Under the pieces are notes generated by a model that worked only from the letters and a program-made list of their open reading frames with translations, was not told the origin of the DNA and did not search any database. This document shows, in pieces, positions 12,393 to 26,132 of a stretch of DNA of 64,000 nucleotides; position 1 is the first letter of the stretch, and every line of letters begins with the position of its first letter. The stretch comes from Squalus acanthias (Eukaryota), in NCBI GenBank assembly GCA_030390025.1, contig CM059427.1:179180001-179244000 (forward strand), in the 5' to 3' direction. Both the position numbers and the translations under genes were made by a program.

Positions 12393-12448
12393 CTGGTATT
12401 CTCTTCAGCATCCCTTCATTTTCTCCATTGACTGATGTCTTGTGCCTT

Positions 12449-12772
12449 ACATAAGAACATAAGAAATAGGAGCAGGAGTAGGCCATTCGGCCCCTCGAGC
12501 CTGCTCCGCCATTCAATAAGATCATGGCTGATTTGATCTTGGCCTCAACTCCACTTTTCTGCCTGTTCCCCATAACCCTGGACTCCCCTGTTGTTCAAAA
12601 ATCTGTCTATCTCAGCCTTGAATATATTCAATGACTCAGCCTCCACAGCTCTCTGGGGTAGAGAATTCCAAAGATTCACGACCTTCTGAGAGAAGAAATT
12701 CCTCCTCATCTCCGTCTTAAATGGGCAACCCCTTATTCTGAAACTATGACCCCTAGTTCTAGATTCCCCCAC
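12449..12772 (-). mobile_element. CR1 3' fragment
   Basis: GESRTRGHSFRIRG..FFSQKVVNLWNSLP; tail acataagaacataagaa. Confidence 0.9.
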
Positions 12773-13344
12773 AAGGGGGCTGCAGGCTACCAAACCAATC
12801 TCCAGTACCCAGATAATTGAAGGCCACTTGGCTAGTTGCTATTACCATTTGAAGATGGTTACCGTTTATTGTTTCAATAATTGCTCTTGGTGTGTATACA
12901 AGAGATGCAGGCAGAAATTTTAGTGGACTATTTGCTTTTATCTCCCCTAGTATCACAGTGCCGGAACGTGTTCTGTTACTTTGTGGAACCACATTGCCAG
13001 CTTTAAACACACAGCAGGTGCAGAAAGAGAGATCGAGTTCACCCACATTTAGCTGCATAACTGCGGCTATGACCATTTTTAATGGGCCATAAAATTTAAT
13101 ATGGACGTAGCCCTACTGGACATCAGTACAAAGAGAATACAGCCATTTTCTACCACCACCAATTCTTCCTTGCTCATTTATTTTACAGCATCCAAAAGGG
13201 TAACCTGTATATGATAGAGGAAAGGGGAAAGTGTTAAGGAGCAAGCTGAAGAAAAAGTGGAAGAGACGGAAGAGAGGACAAAAATTAACTGGAAAAGGAG
13301 CCCAAGAAAAAGAATAGGCACACAAGAGGGAACAGGGGAATTTA

Positions 13345-13794
13345 TTTTTGTTCACGGGATGTGGGCGTCGCTGGCAAGGCCAGCATTTATTGCCCATCCC
13401 TAATTGCCCTTGAGAAGGTGGTGGTGAGCCGCCTTCTTAAACTGCTGAAGTCCGTGTGGTGAAGGTACTCCCACAGTGCTGTGAGGGAGGGAGTTCCATA
13501 ATGTTGACCCAGAGACTATGAAGGAACAGCAATATATTTCCAAGTCAGGATGATGTGTGACTTGGAGGGGAACTTGGAGGTGGTGGTGTTCCCATACGCC
13601 TGCTGCCCTTGTTCTTCTAAATGGTAGAGGTTGCGGGCTTGGGAGGTGCTGCCGAAGAAGCATTGGCGAGTTGCTGTAGTGCATCTTGTAGATGGCAGAC
13701 ACTGCAACCACGGTATGCCGGTGGTGGAGGGATTAAATGTTTAAGGTGGTTGATGGGGTGTCAATCATGCGGGCTGCTTTGTCCTGGATGGTGT
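13345..13794 (-). mobile_element. LINE family B 3' end; continues at 16411
   Basis: Reverse complement of about 59045-59500. Confidence 0.9.
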
Positions 13795-14671
13795 GGCAAA
13801 CAGTGAGGTGGATACCAATCAACTGCAACAGGACATAGATAGGCTAGCAGAATGGGGGGGACAAGTGGCAGATGGAATTTAATACAGAGTAGTGTGAGCT
13901 GATGCATTTTGGCAGAAGGGATAGAGAGAGGCAATATAGACTTAATGGCACAGTTCTAAAGAGTGTGCAGGGACAGAGGGACCTGGGGGTTCATGTGCAT
14001 AGATCTTTGAAGGTGGCAGGACATATTGAGAGAGTAGTCAGCAAAGCATATGGGATCTTAGGCTTCATAAATAGAGGTATTGGGTACAAAAGCAGAGAAG
14101 TTATGCTGAACCTTTATAAAGCTCTGGTTAGGCCACAACTGGAGTATTGCGTCCAGTTCTGGTCACCACACTTTCGGAAGGATGTGAAGGTCCTTGAGAT
14201 GGTGCAGAGGAGATTTACCAGAATGGTTCCAGGAATGAGGGATTTTAGCTACAAGGTTAGGTTGAAGAAGCTGGGGTTGTTCTTCTTGGAGCAAAGGAAG
14301 TTGACGGGAGATTTGATAGAGGTGTACAAGATTACGATGGGTTTGGTTAAGGTAGACCATTTAGCTGATGGTACAAGGACTAGGGGACACAGATTTAAGG
14401 TTTTGGGCAAAAGATACAGGGGGGATGTGAGGAAGAACTTTTTTACACAGCGAGTGGTAATGACCTGGAACTAGCTGCCAACGAGGGTGGTGGAAGCAGA
14501 GACGATGAATGATTTCAAAAGGAAATTGGCTAGGCACTTGAGGGAAATCAACTTGCAGGGCTACGGATAGTGCAGGGAAATGGGAGTGACTGGATTGCTC
14601 TACAGAGAGCCGGCATGGACTCGATGGGCCGATTGGCCTCCTTCTGTGTCATAATGACTCTATGACTCTAT
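13795..14671 (+). mobile_element. 5'-truncated CR1 inserted in LINE family B
   Basis: ORF 13902-14474 (LVRPQLEYCVQFWSP..RTRGH..FFTQRVV); tail atgactctatgactctat. Confidence 0.92.
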
Positions 14672-16407
14672 GGGCTGAATTTTGCCAGCGCTCAGAGTGC
14701 GGGTTGGGAGGCGGGTCCGCTGTCAAAATCAAAATGATTGACAGCAGGTTGGGAACCCGCTGCGAACCCGCCTCCATGTTAGTTTCCAAAGTGTCGGGTC
14801 TGTGATTTCAGAACAGACCCGACACCAAGCGGCGGGAGAGGCATTTAAGATAGTTAACTGCTTGTTTACTACTATTTTACCACATTTTTAACGGGGTTCA
14901 CGTCGTTCGGAGATCACATCAGGTAAGTAGGTCGGGTTCTCTATGTCTCCTCATTGCTGTGAATAGGTGACAGCTGCAAAAGTGGTATGAAAGCTACAGC
15001 TGGTCACTTTTCAATGTTTGAAGCTTGAGCCTTCAGGACTTGGAAGACACTTTTGAGCCGTATGTAGTTTGGAAGTGTTTGTAGTAAACTCTCTATCCAC
15101 TGTCACCTCCTTGGAGCAAGCTCTCTCACCATTGACAGATCGCTTCTGTCATCTCAACTTTAGCTGCCATCTATTCCAACAACATCTGTGCCCTTGAAAA
15201 AATCTCACCTTGGTCCTCTGAATCCCTCCACGATCAGCCCCAACACCAACATCACCAGGCACACCAACATCACCAACAACAACACCAATCTTCTCCGCAA
15301 TCAACTGATGCTGCACAGGACACAGGGCATCAGCACCCGACCACATTGCTGCCCTGAGAGACCAGCGATGGCATCACCATGGCCAGATTTACTTCACTTG
15401 ACACTGTGCACCCTGGCTGCCACATGATGAACCAGGTTAACACCACCCCACACTATCACCATAAAGCATTCCTACAAAGTCCAAGCCATTCTTTTCACGC
15501 TCATCACCATTGCGGGGATACCGTTATGTCTCACCATTCACTGCAACTCACTAAGACACTTCCAAAGATGAGCACAGATCTGTACAATAAGGCAAAGTAT
15601 TGAAAATAAAGATTTCAATGTTTGACAACACATTAACAGAAAATTTACATGAACATTGCATAAAACAACCAAGTGCCTACCCTTGTGTGTTGTTAGTTGG
15701 TGTGATTGCACGAGGATGAGGGTGAGTGTGAGGGGTGGCTAGTGAGATGGGGAAGTGATAATGTAGATAGAGAGGGATGGGTGGAGGTGCAAGGTAAGTT
15801 GGTGTGAGTAAGGATGTGCAGGAGTAGGGTAGGGAAGGCAGAGTGATGGGGATGTGATGAGTGGCACAGCAGGATGAGGTTGAGTGTGGCTTTGCAGTAA
15901 CGTTTTGTGATCTACTGAGATCATTGAAAGGTTTGTGCCACTGCAGCCAGGTATTCCTGACGACATCCCTGTTTTTGCCCTCCTGTGCAATGTGCAACCA
16001 GGCTGCGTTGGTGTCTTGGGGAGGTCTCTTCAGCCCTTGGAAGGGAAGAGAACCTCCCTACGTGCTGTGACTCCCTACATAAGCATATGGAGGGAGTCAT
16101 GGGAGAGCCTGGGTGCAGCCGTGCACCTCTGTGCAGTGCTTGTCAATGTTTGCAGCACCTCAATACTGCAGAACACTGACAGCACAACTGTCAAAATGAA
16201 TGCGTCCATGGTCCCTTTAAGGAAACCAGCTGATGACGCGTCATCAAATCCGCTTCCTTTTAATTGGCCGGGAACCCTGCAGGGCAGGCTTAACTAGCCC
16301 TATTAACAGAAAATCTTTTTTACAGAGCGGCTGCAGCCGGAGCGGGACCAGATCCCGCAAACCACCTCTCCCGCCGCAATCCCACCTCCGCTGGCAAAAT
16401 CGTGGCC
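14672..16407. mobile_element. Internally deleted Harbinger transposon
   Basis: TIR GGGCTGAATTTTGCCAGCG / CGCTGGCAAAATCGTGGCC, TAT TSD (14669-71, 16408-10); Myb/SANT relic inside. Confidence 0.88.
15895..16150 (-). pseudogene. Harbinger Myb/SANT-like (trihelix) DNA-binding protein relic
   Basis: AAWLHIAQEGKNRDVVRNTWLQWHKPFNDLSRS fits the W..IA..V....RT..QC.K.F.DL pattern. Confidence 0.75.
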
Positions 16408-16410
16408 TAT

Positions 16411-17348
16411 GTTTCAAGCTTCTTGAGTGTTGTTGGACCTGCACATATCCAGGCAAGTGGAGAGTATTCCATCACACTCCTGACTTGTGCTTTGTAGATG
16501 GTGGAAAGGCTTTGGGGAGTCAGTAGGTGAGTCACTTGCCACAGAATACCTAGCCTCTGACCTGCTCTTGTAGCCACAGTATTTATGTGGCTGGTCCAGT
16601 TAAGTTTCTGGTCAATGGTGACCCCCCAGGATGTTGATGGTGGGGGATTCCGTGATGGTAATGCCATTGAATGACAAGGGGCGGTGGTTAGACTCTCTTG
16701 TTGGAGATGGTCATTACCTGGCGCTTGTGTGGCGCGAATGTTACTTGCCACTTATTAGCCCAAGCCTGAATGTCGTCCAGGTCTTGCTGCAGGCGGACAC
16801 GGACTGATTCATTATCTGAGAAGTTGCGAATGGAACTGAACACTGTGCAATCATCAGCGAACATCCCCACTTCTGACCCTATGATGGAGGGAAGGTCATT
16901 GATGAAGCAGCTGAAGATGCTTGGGCTGAGGAACTCCTGCAGCAATATCCTGGGGCTGAGATGATTGGCCTACAACAACCACAACCATTTCCCTTTGTGC
17001 GAGGTATGATTCCAGCCAATGGAGAGTTTTCCCCCGATTCCCATTGACTTCAGTTTTACTAGGGTTCCTTGATGCCACACTCGGTCCAATGCTGCCTTAA
17101 TGTCAAGAGCAGTCACTCTCACCTCGCCTCTGGAATTCAGCTCTTTGTCTGGACCAAGGCTGTAATGATGTCTGAAGCCAAGTGGTCCTGGCAGAACCCA
17201 AACTGAGCATCAGTGAGCAGGTTATTGGTGAGTAAGTGTCGCTTGATAGCACTGTCGACGACACCTTCCATCACTTTGCTGATGATTGAGACTAGACTGA
17301 TGGGGCGGTAATTGGCTGGATTGGATTTGTCCTGCTTTTTGTGGACAA
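16411..17348 (-). mobile_element. LINE family B RT region, 5' truncated
   Basis: KKQDKSNPANYRPISL, FINDLP, FADDCT; matches about 58090-59045. Confidence 0.92.
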
Positions 17349-18546
17349 ACTGCAGGACAACAGTAACAGGCAGGGCTAGAGGGAGGGGGAGCATGAAAAG
17401 CAAACTGACAGAGGTGGGGGGCTTGGGGGGGGGGGGGGGAGGGTGGCAGGGGGTGCTGGGGAGAAAAGAGGAAAACAAATTCTAGAAGTCCCACTGTTGA
17501 ATGTCGTATGCACCATCTTGTTTTGGTTGAGTTGGGGATGAAGCCCCAATCTGGTCTTTTGTAAAGCATCCAAAGTGTGGAGCTTCCAGTACTGCAAAAG
17601 TTTTAATTCCTGTTTTCATTCTGCACTCAAATTCCACAGAGTTTATTTCTCATATGTTAGGGCAAAGCTCACTGCTTTCATCCGTGTTAATAGTGGTTTT
17701 TACATTCATCAGAGCGCCACTAAAAATTAAATGTCACTTTAAACATCAAATTAAATCGTCCCCAGACAAATCAGCGAGAACTTTTTTTTTTAAATCCTTG
17801 ACATTGCCAAACTCTGTCTCGTTGGTCAATTTATAATAGTGTAACATATCTTCTGGGCCTTGCCAATCAATTTCCAGAACAGTTACATTGATTGCTGTTT
17901 TTCTATCTGCTGCACTCTGTGCCTGATACCAACCAATTTCCCTCCAGTCAATCAATGTCGATGGGGGTATTTGTACTCCTAATGGGATGGAAATGATCAT
18001 TACTAATAACATATTAAAGGTAAATTTATTCTTAAAATAGGTTTCAGATTATTTCCTGAGATTTCTCCTAGTTCTGCAGTTTGGGCTATAAAGACGTAAA
18101 AACTGAAATCTGAAGTGACTACAAGCTACATGGCCGCACTGGTCTCTACCTTGTGAAAGCTTTGCTGACATTCATTTTTACATTTTTTAATTGGTCCCTG
18201 AAAATTACGTGACAAAACGTTTCTAAATCTCAAACTATAATCATTTCTCTGTGTTGGTAGTCAGACACACTTAACACTGAGACTGAGTTCTGAAGGCTTT
18301 CTCTGGACCTGTGAGCAGCACTGCTGTTCAATGGAAAATTAACCGGCCTTTCTGCTATTCATACTGAGTCTCTGCTTGTCACTTCCCCAGTACGGCACAG
18401 CTGAGATCAGGAACTCAGTGGTCTGATAAACACGCATTGACAGGAATTTCTTTGTATAATTTCAAAGAAAAATATTTTTAACTCTTTAGAAAAATTAAAG
18501 TCATTAGGAAAATTCTGAAACTGACAGTTTTTTGAGAAGTGGGGAA

Positions 18547-18717
18547 CAATGTTCCCTTTAAGCTGCGTGGGCTGCGTAGTGCTCTGGGGGGTCCCGTGCA
18601 GCCGGCGAGCTGGCTTTTAAACTGAAAAAACTTTGCATGCACGGAATTTTGAATGGGCCACGCAGCCGTTAAAGAGGCCGCGTGGCCCCCCCCCAAAAAA
18701 AATTAGAAGCAACATTG
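18547..18717. mobile_element. hAT-type MITE
   Basis: TIR CAATGTTCCCTTTAA / TTAGAAGCAACATTG; exact 8-bp TSD GTGGGGAA (18539-46, 18718-25). Confidence 0.88.
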
Positions 18718-18954
18718 GTGGGGAATCGCTACCCTATCACATTCCCTCATGAAAATACTTAACGGAAAAAATAGTGATCACGGTATCACCATTCAATGAG
18801 CCACCATTTTGGAAATAATTTCCTTATTTAATTGAATGAATTAAGTGAAGGGTAAGTGTCTGATTGAGAGGGAGTGACCTGCCCATGCTAAAATCCTCGC
18901 TTGTTTTCGAGCAGATTACAGCATTAGCAATAATGAAGCAATATTTTTTTTAAA

Positions 18955-19338
18955 CTAAGAGTTGACCTAATAGAGGTTTTCAAGAAGAAAAGAGGTTTTG
19001 ATGGAGTAGGTAGAGAAAAACCTACTCCTCTGGTGCGTGGGTCAATAACCAGACATCATAGATTTCAAATTATTGGTGAAAGATCTAGATGGGGGATGAG
19101 GAGAAATTTTTTCACTCAGAGAGTTGTCGGGATCAGGAACGCTCTACCTGAAAAGGTGGTGCTGATTCTATGAATAATTTAAAAGGGAGTTGGACAGCTA
19201 CTTGAAGATGAGGAACTTACAGGGTTATGGACAAAAAGCGGGGGTGTGGGACTAAACACGACTGCTCTTTCAAAGAGCCAGCACAGGCACGATGGGCTGA
19301 ATGGCCTCCTTCGGTGCTGTAAGTTTCTATGATTCTAA
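18955..19338 (+). mobile_element. CR1 3' fragment
   Basis: aggagaaatttttt cactcagagagttg; tail ttctatgattcta. Confidence 0.85.
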
Positions 19339-20239
19339 CTTGAAAAAATTACATTAAAATGTCGTAATTAAAAGAGGTTAGATTAAAACGAAAGAGTAAA
19401 GGCTACTATTTTTTGCAGTGCTCTCAAATGGTAATTGAACTGTGTGATTCATGGGGTGTTTTGGCACACTACACCTGTGCACCACCAGCCAAAGGGAATG
19501 CTCATTTCAAATTCTGTCGCTTTTTGATTTGGAACTGATCACTGGATTTAGTTTGATTCCATTCCAATGAAACTGCAGAAATAATCCTCTTTTTGAACTT
19601 CAAAGGAAATTAAAAAAATAATAATTATAAATTGAGCCATTTAAAATGATAATTACAGTAATTAGTAAAGAATAACAATCAGCTTTGCATAAGACCACAG
19701 GGCAAAGTAATCCATTCGCTGCGTTTTCTGAAGTTTAACCAATATTTTAAGTCGTAGTGCACACTACATATATAAAAAAAGACACTGTCAACTGCATCAG
19801 GAGAGCTGTATGCTATTCATATAAGAGACTTATAGTATTTACACAGAAGGTTCACATATTTACACAGCTAATATATCTATCAGGGATGCTTGATGAATAA
19901 ATAGGTTTTTGTACCACGAAAAACAATGTGTCTCTTAAATAATAGCTCCTTCGGTATGGCTGGCTATAACTTGCGCTATTTACAGCATTCAGGACAGATA
20001 CTAGAATTTAAACAAACAGTAACAGTTGTTAGTGAGCTGAATTCATTATATACTGTTTATGTACAGGAGTGTGACAAATGTACACAACTAGCATCATGCG
20101 TGTGCCAATTCTCTGCCTTTTACCCAATACTGTACAGGAGTTAAAAATGAGACACTTAAGGTGTACGGTATCGGGTGTGAGTGAACAGTGGGCTTTTACC
20201 TGGTGGGTATGCTACATGTACAGAAGCTGACGGAGACAC

Positions 20240-20610
20240 AAAATTCTTACAGGGCTTGACAGGGTAGATGCAGGGAGGATGTTTCCCCTGGCTGGGGAGT
20301 CCAGAACCAGGGGTCACAGTCTCAGAATAAGGGTTTGGTCATTTAGGACTGAGCTGAGGAGAAATTTTTTCACTCAGAGGGTGGTGAATCTTTGGAATTC
20401 TCTGCCCCAGAGGGCTGTGGAGGCTCAGTCATTGAGTATATTCAAGGCCAGAGATCGATAGATTTTTGGATATTAAGGGAATCAAGGGATATGGGGATAG
20501 TGCAGGAAAGTGGAGTTGAGGCAGAAGAGCAGCCATGATCTTATTGAACGGCAGAGCAGGCTCGAGGGGCCGAATGGCCTGCTCCTGCTCCTATTTCTTA
20601 TGTTCTTATG
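20240..20610 (+). mobile_element. CR1 3' fragment
   Basis: MFPLAGESRTRGHSL..VVNLWNSLP; tail ttcttatgttcttatg. Confidence 0.92.
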
Positions 20611-21249
20611 AGATGTACGGGACCAGATGATTGAATTGTCAGGTTTTGCACGGGATGTACTATATGTTGAAACATATTTGCTCCACATATTTAGAGGCAT
20701 CCAAGATGTCATTATGCTATTTATCTTCTTTCATGGACCCTTCCATCATCCCCGGTTTTGTGTACATATGTCCACTGTGTAATATGTTGACAAAAAAGTG
20801 ACAGCTGGGAAGCACTCGCACGGAACCGTGACAAATTACAATTGCAATGACAGCAATTTATCATCCAGAGCTCAAAACCACCATCTTCCTATTTTATACC
20901 GTGACCTTATTAAAAAAAAAACCTGCTATTCTTACCTGGATGTATTTTCATTGCAGAATTTTTCATTTCTCCATCCTAAAACTTCTATAATTGAGGTGAG
21001 ATGCCGATTACTTTAGGGCATCAATGGAATTATTTATTTTGACAGCAGACTATTAATCTGCAGCATTTCCTAAATAGATTTTTTTTTACTACTGCCCAAA
21101 GTTTATGCTTCAAAATATGCCTCATTCCTTACCTTGACACTTTTTAAAGTAATTTTTTCTTGTCCATTTAAATTCTTCCCCTACTTTCCCTTGATGGAAA
21201 GGGTAAGGGGCAAGCACTGAGCCTCTTTGGCCTCTGCAAATACTGCTAT

Positions 21250-22140
21250 GCGGCAGAATTGCTGCGTAATATGAGACAACAGTGTATGTTTGACTTGCCG
21301 ATGGAGTTTACGCCCCGGTTGTCAGAGGTGTTGCCTCACTTCTGGGGACCTGGAATTTCTTCCGTGGCCGTCGCCCAGAAGTTACTTCTGAAAATGTGCC
21401 CATTCCCATGCCTTGTCTGCCGATGTCAAGTTACACGCCGACATCCTGCCGAGCTCATTAGTATACACCTGAACGGAAAAATGGGCGGAAACAATCGGGG
21501 CCCAAGGAAAGCATCGCATTCACACCATATTGTCCTTCTTTAAGTATGAAAATTAAAGTTCCAACTCATTTAACCATCATTCATGCACATTAGGCACAGC
21601 ATGCTTAAGATCCTGCAATCGGGGAAGCTTTTCAATTTTTGATGTGACTTATACTTATGCCATAAAAATGCATCAAAAGAAACAGAAAACACAGAGCAGG
21701 TTTCAGTGAGGATAAAAATGTTCAAAAAATTGCAATAAAACACCAGCAAAATAACCTTAGTTTCCTGCTGCGCCTGAAAATAAGATCATAATTTGAACAG
21801 GGCCTCTGAGCAAGTGCAGGAGAATTGCGTACAAGACTCTGTAACATGCGGTCGGGGACATTATTATGGGTGCAGATGAGCTTGGGCGGATCGATTGACA
21901 AATGATCGTAATAAGATCGAGGACTTTTGGGCGTATTGTAATTACGCGCGTGACTCACTGCCGCCCAAAGTACCGCGATTTTTTAGGCTGATTATTTGCT
22001 TTGCGCTCTGATTGAACGTGTCTCTGGGTGCATATCTGCAGGAAATTACAGGCCCCAATCTGCAACTCCATCCCCCAGAACAACAGCTCAGCATCAGAAA
22101 ACTTGCTGTGCGTGACAATCTCATCAACCATTCTACTGCA
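21250..22140. mobile_element. Possible decayed Harbinger-derived sequence
   Basis: CpG-enriched ends; minus-strand KFSDAEL resembles a Myb/SANT N-terminus; no clean TIR pair. Confidence 0.3.
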
Positions 22141-22366
22141 CAGCTTGTTGGTGCCACAGTGCAACAACCTTCTGTCAGCGTATAAGTGCACCTCATAAAA
22201 TAGTTCTCCTTTCCTTCCGTGCAAAATAATAATAAAACAAAATGATGTGAGAAAAAGATCTCAGTTGACCTAGTTCACATGGAAAGTGCATTGCCAGATC
22301 TACCAAGGCTTCAAGACCAACAAGTGAAATACAGAGAAGAAAATTATAAAGCTTGGCAAACCTATA

Positions 22367-22990
22367 GGTGTCAGCTGTGGCTCAGTGGGTAGCATTCACA
22401 CCTCTGAGTCAGAAGGTTGTGGGTTCAAGTCCTACTCCAGAGACTTCAGCACATAATCTAAACTGGCAGTGCCGTACTGAGGGAGTGCTGCACTGTCTTT
22501 CAGGCGAGACGTCAAACTGAGGCCCTGTCTGCCCTCTCAGGTGGACGTACAAAATCCCATGGCACTATTCTAAGAAAGGCAGCAGAGTTCTCCCCAGTGT
22601 CCTCGTCAATATTTATGCCTCAACCAACACCACTAAAACAGATTATCTGGTAATTTATCACATTGCTGTTTGTGGGACCTTGCTGTGCGCAAATTGGCTG
22701 CTGTGTTTCCCACATTACAACAATGACTACACTTTCAGAATCCTGAAATTCCCTATCTAACACCAATTAGAATTATTAACTGGGCACTGACACCCTCATG
22801 AATAGAACCATTACTGGCCACTCCCAAACCGAATTATTACCCGGGCATTGACCCTCCCAAATAGATTTATATAAATCTGCCCTCCTGCTTTCGAGTTTGT
22901 TTCACTCTCCTGTCCGCACCTATTAGCTTTAAAGCGCTTTGGGACGTCCTGAGGTTGTGAAAAGCGCTTATAAATGCAAGTTCTTTCTTC
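22367..22990 (+). mobile_element. tRNA-derived SINE (SacSINE1/DeuSINE-like) with internal insertion at about 22737-22925
   Basis: A box TGGCTCAGTGGG, B box GGTTCAAGTCC; L2-like tail taaatgcaagttctttc; other copies in window. Confidence 0.8.
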
Positions 22991-23589
22991 CTTATTAGGG
23001 CTTGCACTGTCCTTTTACCACTCCACTTTTAAAATGACACCACGGTGGCCATTTTAAAGGAATATGCCATGAGGATATTCCTCATGGCAGAATGATAGGG
23101 TCAGTGTCGCAAATTGCAAAGCCCAGTGGAAATAACAGAGGAACCACCACAAATAACATTTCATGAAATGAATTCCAGCCCACCTACTTAAATTAGCAAA
23201 GTAAATTAGATACAAGTGAGTGGGAAAAAATGATATTCTGGGACATGCCCTGAAGATCGCATCTCAGAAACAATGATAAAGGTCAGGCTTGACTAATCTG
23301 AATCTACACAAGTCAACTTTTAACTAGATGCTGAGATTTGAGAGTCCACCTAATATTAGTTTCCTCAGGGTTTGAATGCAGAGAATATAGGATGTTTTTC
23401 TTGTGTCATATTCAATGAAAGTGCAACATATTCCCTGCGCCCCCCTCCGCCCCCCACAAACACTTTATGGAGACTTTAATCTTTAAAAGAAAATACAGCC
23501 TGCAATTATGATGAGAATACTTGACAAATGCATTTTCCTTCCTAGCATTAATTCTGTCTCCAGGTTTCAAGTAGATGCAACACAGCAAC

Positions 23590-23660
23590 TCTTAGGGATG
23601 GGCAATAAATGCTGGCCTTGCCAGCGACACCCACATCCCGTGAATGAAGAAGAAAAAAAG
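23590..23660 (+). mobile_element. LINE family B extreme 3' tail
   Basis: tagggatgggcaataaatgctggccttgccagcgacacccacatcccgtgaa + A-rich run. Confidence 0.8.
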
Positions 23661-25334
23661 GTGGGGCGGCCGCAGCTTGATGCATTGAATACTGCCGTGC
23701 CGTGACAGAACACGGTTTTACGTTTGTGGTTTGCTTTACGGTGAGCTCCTGGTTTCATTCAGGTCATTGATGAGAGGCAGTATTGGAGGCTGCCACAGAT
23801 TGAAAAAAAAAATACATTTGTTCAACTCACCCAGGGTTGCTCTCATACATTGCTTGCAGCTGGTCACAGAGCAGAAGAGGTGTGTTGGAGCAGGGCCTCC
23901 ACCTGTTACCTCAGTCTTGGAATGGCCCAGAATGGATTAGTAGAGGAAGTGGACAAATAAATGAAAAATAAAAATGGACAAACGGATGTGATCGATTCAC
24001 TCTATGATTCAGTGTTACTGTGGAGCGTGAGGAAGGGGGGAGGGGCGGAGATCGTCATATTTAGTTTTGAAAAGCAGTCCATTTTCTTCAAGTATCAGTA
24101 GGCTATCGAGCTTCTGTGCATGGCAGCTTTGACATTTGCTATCAGCATTAAGCACATTTTAGAACACATTGCTATTTAAGAAGAAAAGCATGAACCACAT
24201 CAGAACACTATGGGAAAATGATAAATGGGAGGCTGAATGTGAAAGATAGCAGATCAAGTCAAAATTGGCATCTGTAAATGGAGCAGGTACACAGCGCACC
24301 AAAATAAATAAAAGCTTTCTCTTTCAAAAGAGATTATTACACCGAGTTTTCCATCAAATCCTGACATCTGCCGGTCCCCTGCAGGTTACATTTTATCAGT
24401 AGTGTGGAACAAAAAAATAAATAAATCCTCAGTTTGAGCAAATAAATTTTAAAGTAACTCCGAGAAAAAAAAAATCTGTAAAAAAAAACACACAGCAGCA
24501 GACAATTTTTGGTTTCCTGCAGCTAGAGCTTGTGGAATAAATAGAGGAAGAATGTACCTAAATTTGAAAGTCCGTGGGAACAACAGAGCTGCATCTGTTA
24601 ACTTTAGATGCTTCAAAACTTTTGCTCGTTTCCCCCCTCGAGTTTAAAGCTTAAAAATGCAGCTTCAAAAAATTCTTGTTATGACCCTCTTCTACCCAGT
24701 CTTGTTCCTCCCCTTTACCTCCAGATAAAACGCTGCTTTGTTCCATTGCTTATCCCGCACTCCCTTTACAACCTTAAATTTGCTTCCACTGCACACCACT
24801 TTATACCCCTATTGACTTCAATTTCTAGCTCCCTCCTGGCCAAGGTATAAAACAAACATTTAGTGGTTTGGTTTGACTATACATGTATTTATTTAGTTGA
24901 AGGATCAAAGCTTCAGGCAAAAACAAAATCCGACAAAAAAAACTACTGACTTAGCGAAAATCCATAAGCGACGCCTTCTTTGGGTCATCACTGACACAGA
25001 ACCGCACAACTCAAATGCTGCTGCAGAAAAGTATGGCCTGCACTGAGGCTCATGTTCTCTACCAGACTACTGCATGACGAAAATACTCAAACTGTTCTGC
25101 GATGTGCAACAATATTAGAAAGTACAGAATGGGAATAGTCCATGTACCATCAGCATGCACCTCCAAAACCATGTCCATTCGTACACTACCTACTAAATCT
25201 CCCGAGGGAAAGTTTACATAAATAGTCCAAGTGTAATCAAGCAGACCTCCCGAATATTCAACTTAATCCATCTCCTCTATTCAACCCCGAACTGTTGCAC
25301 TCAAGAAAAATACACTCTTTCCCTCTTGTATCTC

Positions 25335-25522
25335 TCAACCAACGTCGCTAAAACAGATTATCTGATCATTATCACATTGCTGTTTGTGGGAGCTTGCTGT
25401 GTGTAATTTGACTACTGCGTTTCCTACATTACAACAGCGATTACACTTCATTGACTGTAAAGCGCTTTGCGACGTCCTGAGCTCCTGGAAGGCGCTATAT
25501 AAATGCAAGCCTTTCTTTTTCT
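25335..25522 (+). mobile_element. SINE 3' half (family of 22367)
   Basis: aaaacagattatctg..cacattgctgtttgtggga..taaatgcaag. Confidence 0.75.
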
Positions 25523-25851
25523 ATCTCTCCCCATCAGCTGTACAGGAAATATTATGTCCTGTAGCATTTGATTACCTGAGTCTATTCTTATCCCTTTAAC
25601 ACCCAATCCTGTTTCCAAACAGATATTTGCCCAGCTCCTTTTTGAAGCAGATCTCGGCCAAGGGCCACCTAATCTTTACCTGCCGGTAGCTGGTCTGTGC
25701 CCTCTTATTGTAGGAAGTGGACTGGTGACATTTAAATGAGGACAGTGAGTTAAAATACCCCAGGCCTAAAACTTAGCCAATGAGAGTGTTTCACCCTCGC
25801 CCATTCCCTTCAGTCTGCCCGAAACCTGTTCCAGGTTAAATTCGACCCCGA

Positions 25852-25960
25852 AAAGAAAGTCTTGCATTTATATAGCGTCGTTTACGACCACCAGACGTCT
25901 CAAAGCGCTTTACAACCAATGAAGTAATTTTGAAGTGTAGTCACTGTTGTAATGGAGGGA
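25852..25960 (-). mobile_element. SINE 3' end (family of 22367)
   Basis: cttgcatttatatagcg..aaagcgctttaca. Confidence 0.7.
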
Positions 25961-26132
25961 AAACAAAACTAAGAAACAAAAAAATATTAAGAATTAAAAA
26001 CAAGGGGGGACGATTTTGCCAGCCCTGGGGTGGCGGGTATGGGTATGGAGGCGGGACTGCCGTAAAATGGCAGAATTTGGGGGCGGGTGCCCAACCTGCC
26101 TCCATGCCATCTTCCGAGGAGGCGGGTAGCAT

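Noticed and set aside
22367-22445. tRNA gene
   Set aside because: SINE head with A/B boxes continuing into a repeated body; no full cloverleaf
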